A stretch of 14,388 nt of DNA, taken from IMG/VR virus record IMGVR_UViG_2671180636_000001. The stretch is one strand, 5' to 3'. Source of the stretch: a virus. Its lineage: Duplodnaviria > Heunggongvirae > Uroviricota > Caudoviricetes. Under the pieces are notes generated by a model. It made no database searches. It saw only the letters and a list, made by a program, of their open reading frames with translations, and was not told the origin of the DNA. A program made the translations under genes and the position numbers. This document shows, in pieces, positions 13,106 to 14,388 of this stretch. Every line of letters begins with the position of its first letter. Positions within the stretch are counted from its first letter, which is position 1.

Positions 13106-13218
13106 AGAAAGGAAACGACAGAGGCCAAAAAGCCCGTTTTCAGCACCTGTCGTTTCCTTTCTTTTCAGGGGGTGTTTTAAATAAAAACATTAGGTTACGG
13201 CGAAGAAGAACGGAAACG
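13106..13218 (-). promoter_or_regulatory. cosB terminase-binding region with three R-site 12-mers (R3 13106-13117, R2 13151-13162 inverted, R1 13207-13218)
   Basis: Three copies of CGTTTCC(T/G)TTCT read directly: minus-strand copies at 13106-13117 and 13207-13218, plus-strand copy at 13151-13162; this matches the known orientation pattern of lambda R3, R2 and R1 between Nu1 and cosN. Confidence 0.85.
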
Positions 13219-13258
13219 CCTTAAACCGGAAAATTGTCATAAATAGCGAAAACCCGCG

Positions 13259-13270
13259 CGCCTTCCGCCC
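13259..13270. other. cosN (cohesive-end / terminase nicking site), 12-nt core; 5'-GGGCGGAAGGCG-3' read on the minus strand
   Basis: Flanks (..AAAACCCGCG | 12-mer | CGTAACCTGT..) match the lambda cos junction context from memory; the 12-mer itself matches lambda (GGGCGGCGACCT) only in its first six bases. Confidence 0.7.
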
Positions 13271-13305
13271 CGTAACCTGTCGGATCGCCGGAAAGGACCC
13301 GCAAA

Positions 13306-13322
13306 ATGATAATAATTATCAT
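13306..13322. promoter_or_regulatory. 17-bp perfect palindrome ATGATAAT-A-ATTATCAT between cosN and the right-end cassette; candidate protein-binding site
   Basis: Perfect 8-bp inverted repeat around a central base, read directly; function unassigned (cosQ-adjacent element or operator). Confidence 0.4.
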
Positions 13323-13469
13323 CTACATGTCACAACGTGCATCTACGCCATCAAACCACGTCAAATAATCAATTATGACGCAGGTATCGTATTAATTGAT
13401 CTGCATCAACTTAACGTAAAAACAACTTCAGACAATACAAATCAGCGACACTGAATACAGGGCAACCTC

Positions 13470-13703
13470 ATGTCAACGAAGAACAGAACCCGCAGAACAA
13501 CAACCCGCAACATCCGCTTTCCTAACCAAATGATTGAACAAATTAACATCGCTCTTGTTCAAAAAGGGTCCGGGAATTTCTCAGCCTGGGTCATTGAAGC
13601 CTGCCGCCGGAGACTGTGCTCAGAAAAAAGAGTTTCGCCTGAAGCAAACAAAGAAAAGAGTGACATTACTGAATTGCTCAGAAAACAGGTTAGACCAGAT
13701 TGA
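13470..13703 (+). CDS. Small basic ribbon-helix-helix-like DNA-binding protein, 77 aa (possibly DUF3950/YlcI-like; family assignment from memory, unverified)
   Basis: ORF with Arg/Thr-rich basic N-terminus, then a strand-helix-GxS/N loop-helix pattern typical of RHH (Arc/MetJ/CopG) folds (NIRFP / NQMIEQINIALVQ / KGSGN / FSAWVIEACRRRL); transcribed opposite to the structural operon; weak Shine-Dalgarno. Confidence 0.6.
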   Translation: MSTKNRTRRTTTRNIRFPNQMIEQINIALVQKGSGNFSAWVIEACRRRLCSEKRVSPEANKEKSDITELLRKQVRPD

Positions 13704-13760
13704 AGCAATTTAGATAATCGTGCAGACTACGCCCCCTCATATCACATGGAAGGTACTACA

Positions 13761-14171
13761 ATGGCTCAGGTTGCCATTTTTAAACAAATATTCGATAAAG
13801 TGCGAAATAATTTAAACTATCACTGGTTTTATTCTGAACTAAAACGTCACAATGTCTCACATTACATTTACTATTTAGCCACAGAGAATATTCATCTTGT
13901 TCTTGAAAACGATAATACGGTTTTAATAAAAGGACAGGGTAAGGTTGTAAATGTAAGATTTTCAAAAAATAAATGCCTTATAGAAGCCACCTTAAAAGGA
14001 TTCAAATCAGGAGAGTTATCATTTTACGAATACAGGAAAAATCTTGCTACAGCAGGGGTTTTCAGATGGATTACAAATATCCACGAAAACAAAAGGTATT
14101 ACTATACCTTTGATAATTCATTACTCTTTACTGAGAACATACAGAACACTACACAAATATTTCCGCACTAA
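13761..14171 (+). CDS. Hypothetical protein, 136 aa from the SD-supported ATG (141 aa from the upstream ATG at 13746); AT-rich, Tyr/Asn/Lys-rich; possibly DUF1398/YbcV-like (tentative)
   Basis: Clean ORF to a stop at 14169-14171; GGAAGG Shine-Dalgarno 7 nt upstream of ATG 13761; composition visibly AT-rich against the GC-rich structural genes; no motif recognised. Confidence 0.6.
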   Translation: MAQVAIFKQIFDKVRNNLNYHWFYSELKRHNVSHYIYYLATENIHLVLENDNTVLIKGQGKVVNVRFSKNKCLIEATLKGFKSGELSFYEYRKNLATAGVFRWITNIHENKRYYYTFDNSLLFTENIQNTTQIFPH

Positions 14172-14179
14172 ATCATAAC

Positions 14180-14207
14180 GTCCGGTTTCTTCCGTGCCAG
14201 AACCGGA
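14180..14207 (+). terminator. Possible stem-loop downstream of the 136-aa ORF (8-bp stem GTCCGGTT/AACCGGAC, 12-nt loop); weak terminator candidate
   Basis: Inverted repeat read directly, 9 nt after the stop codon; no U-tract follows, so intrinsic-terminator function is uncertain. Confidence 0.3.
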
Positions 14208-14388
14208 CTCGCTGGCATGATGAAATATGTGTACCCGGNNNNNNNNNNNNNNNNNNNNNNNNNNNTGTACCCGGTAACCCCGGTGTGCATCGTTTTTGAT
14301 TATTCCCGCACACTCGCGCAGAAGGAGTTCCCCGTCGGGCTACGGTCTCTGTTAATACGGGAATACGGCGACGATTGGATTTGCCCCT

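Noticed and set aside
12641-13180. 179-aa plus-strand ORF running through Nu1 and into cosB
   Set aside because: Antisense to Nu1 and extends across the R-site array, which is non-coding; considered spurious.
13690-13718. Sigma70-like promoter upstream of the 136-aa gene (TTAGAC or TTGAAG as -35, GATAAT as -10)
   Set aside because: GATAAT at 13713-13718 is a plausible -10, but neither candidate -35 gives both a good consensus match and 16-18-bp spacing; too weak to report as a feature.
13780-13965. 61-aa minus-strand ORF inside the 136-aa gene
   Set aside because: Shorter than and fully contained within the plus-strand ORF, which has a good Shine-Dalgarno and a defined stop; AT-rich DNA readily yields short antisense ORFs. 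It may correspond to a small ORF annotated in some lambda records, but I cannot support it from the sequence.

Overview
This window is almost entirely the head and tail morphogenesis module of a lambda-like (lambdoid) siphovirus, encoded on the minus strand and read right to left: Nu1, A, W, B, C/Nu3, D, E, FI, FII, Z, U, V, G/G-T and H, with the first codon of the next tail gene at the left edge. Gene calls rest on recognising the ORF-track translations as near-identical to the phage lambda proteins (from memory, no search run) and on gene order, overlapping ATGA stop/start junctions and Shine-Dalgarno motifs read from the sequence. A cos site (three cosB R-site 12-mers plus cosN) lies at about 13100-13285 and the sequence runs continuously across it, so this is a prophage or a circular/concatemeric representation rather than a linear virion end. 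Beyond cos, on the opposite strand, sits a visibly AT-rich two-gene cassette (a 77-aa ribbon-helix-helix-like protein and a 136/141-aa protein of unknown function); this is the only candidate for an uncharacterised system here, and it is a weak one. Nine runs of N interrupt the window; three are flanked by short direct repeats and add non-triplet lengths, so the apparent frame breaks in A and B are best treated as assembly or masking artefacts, not pseudogenes. The cosN 12-mer differs from the canonical lambda cohesive end in one half while the terminase proteins are essentially lambda-like.
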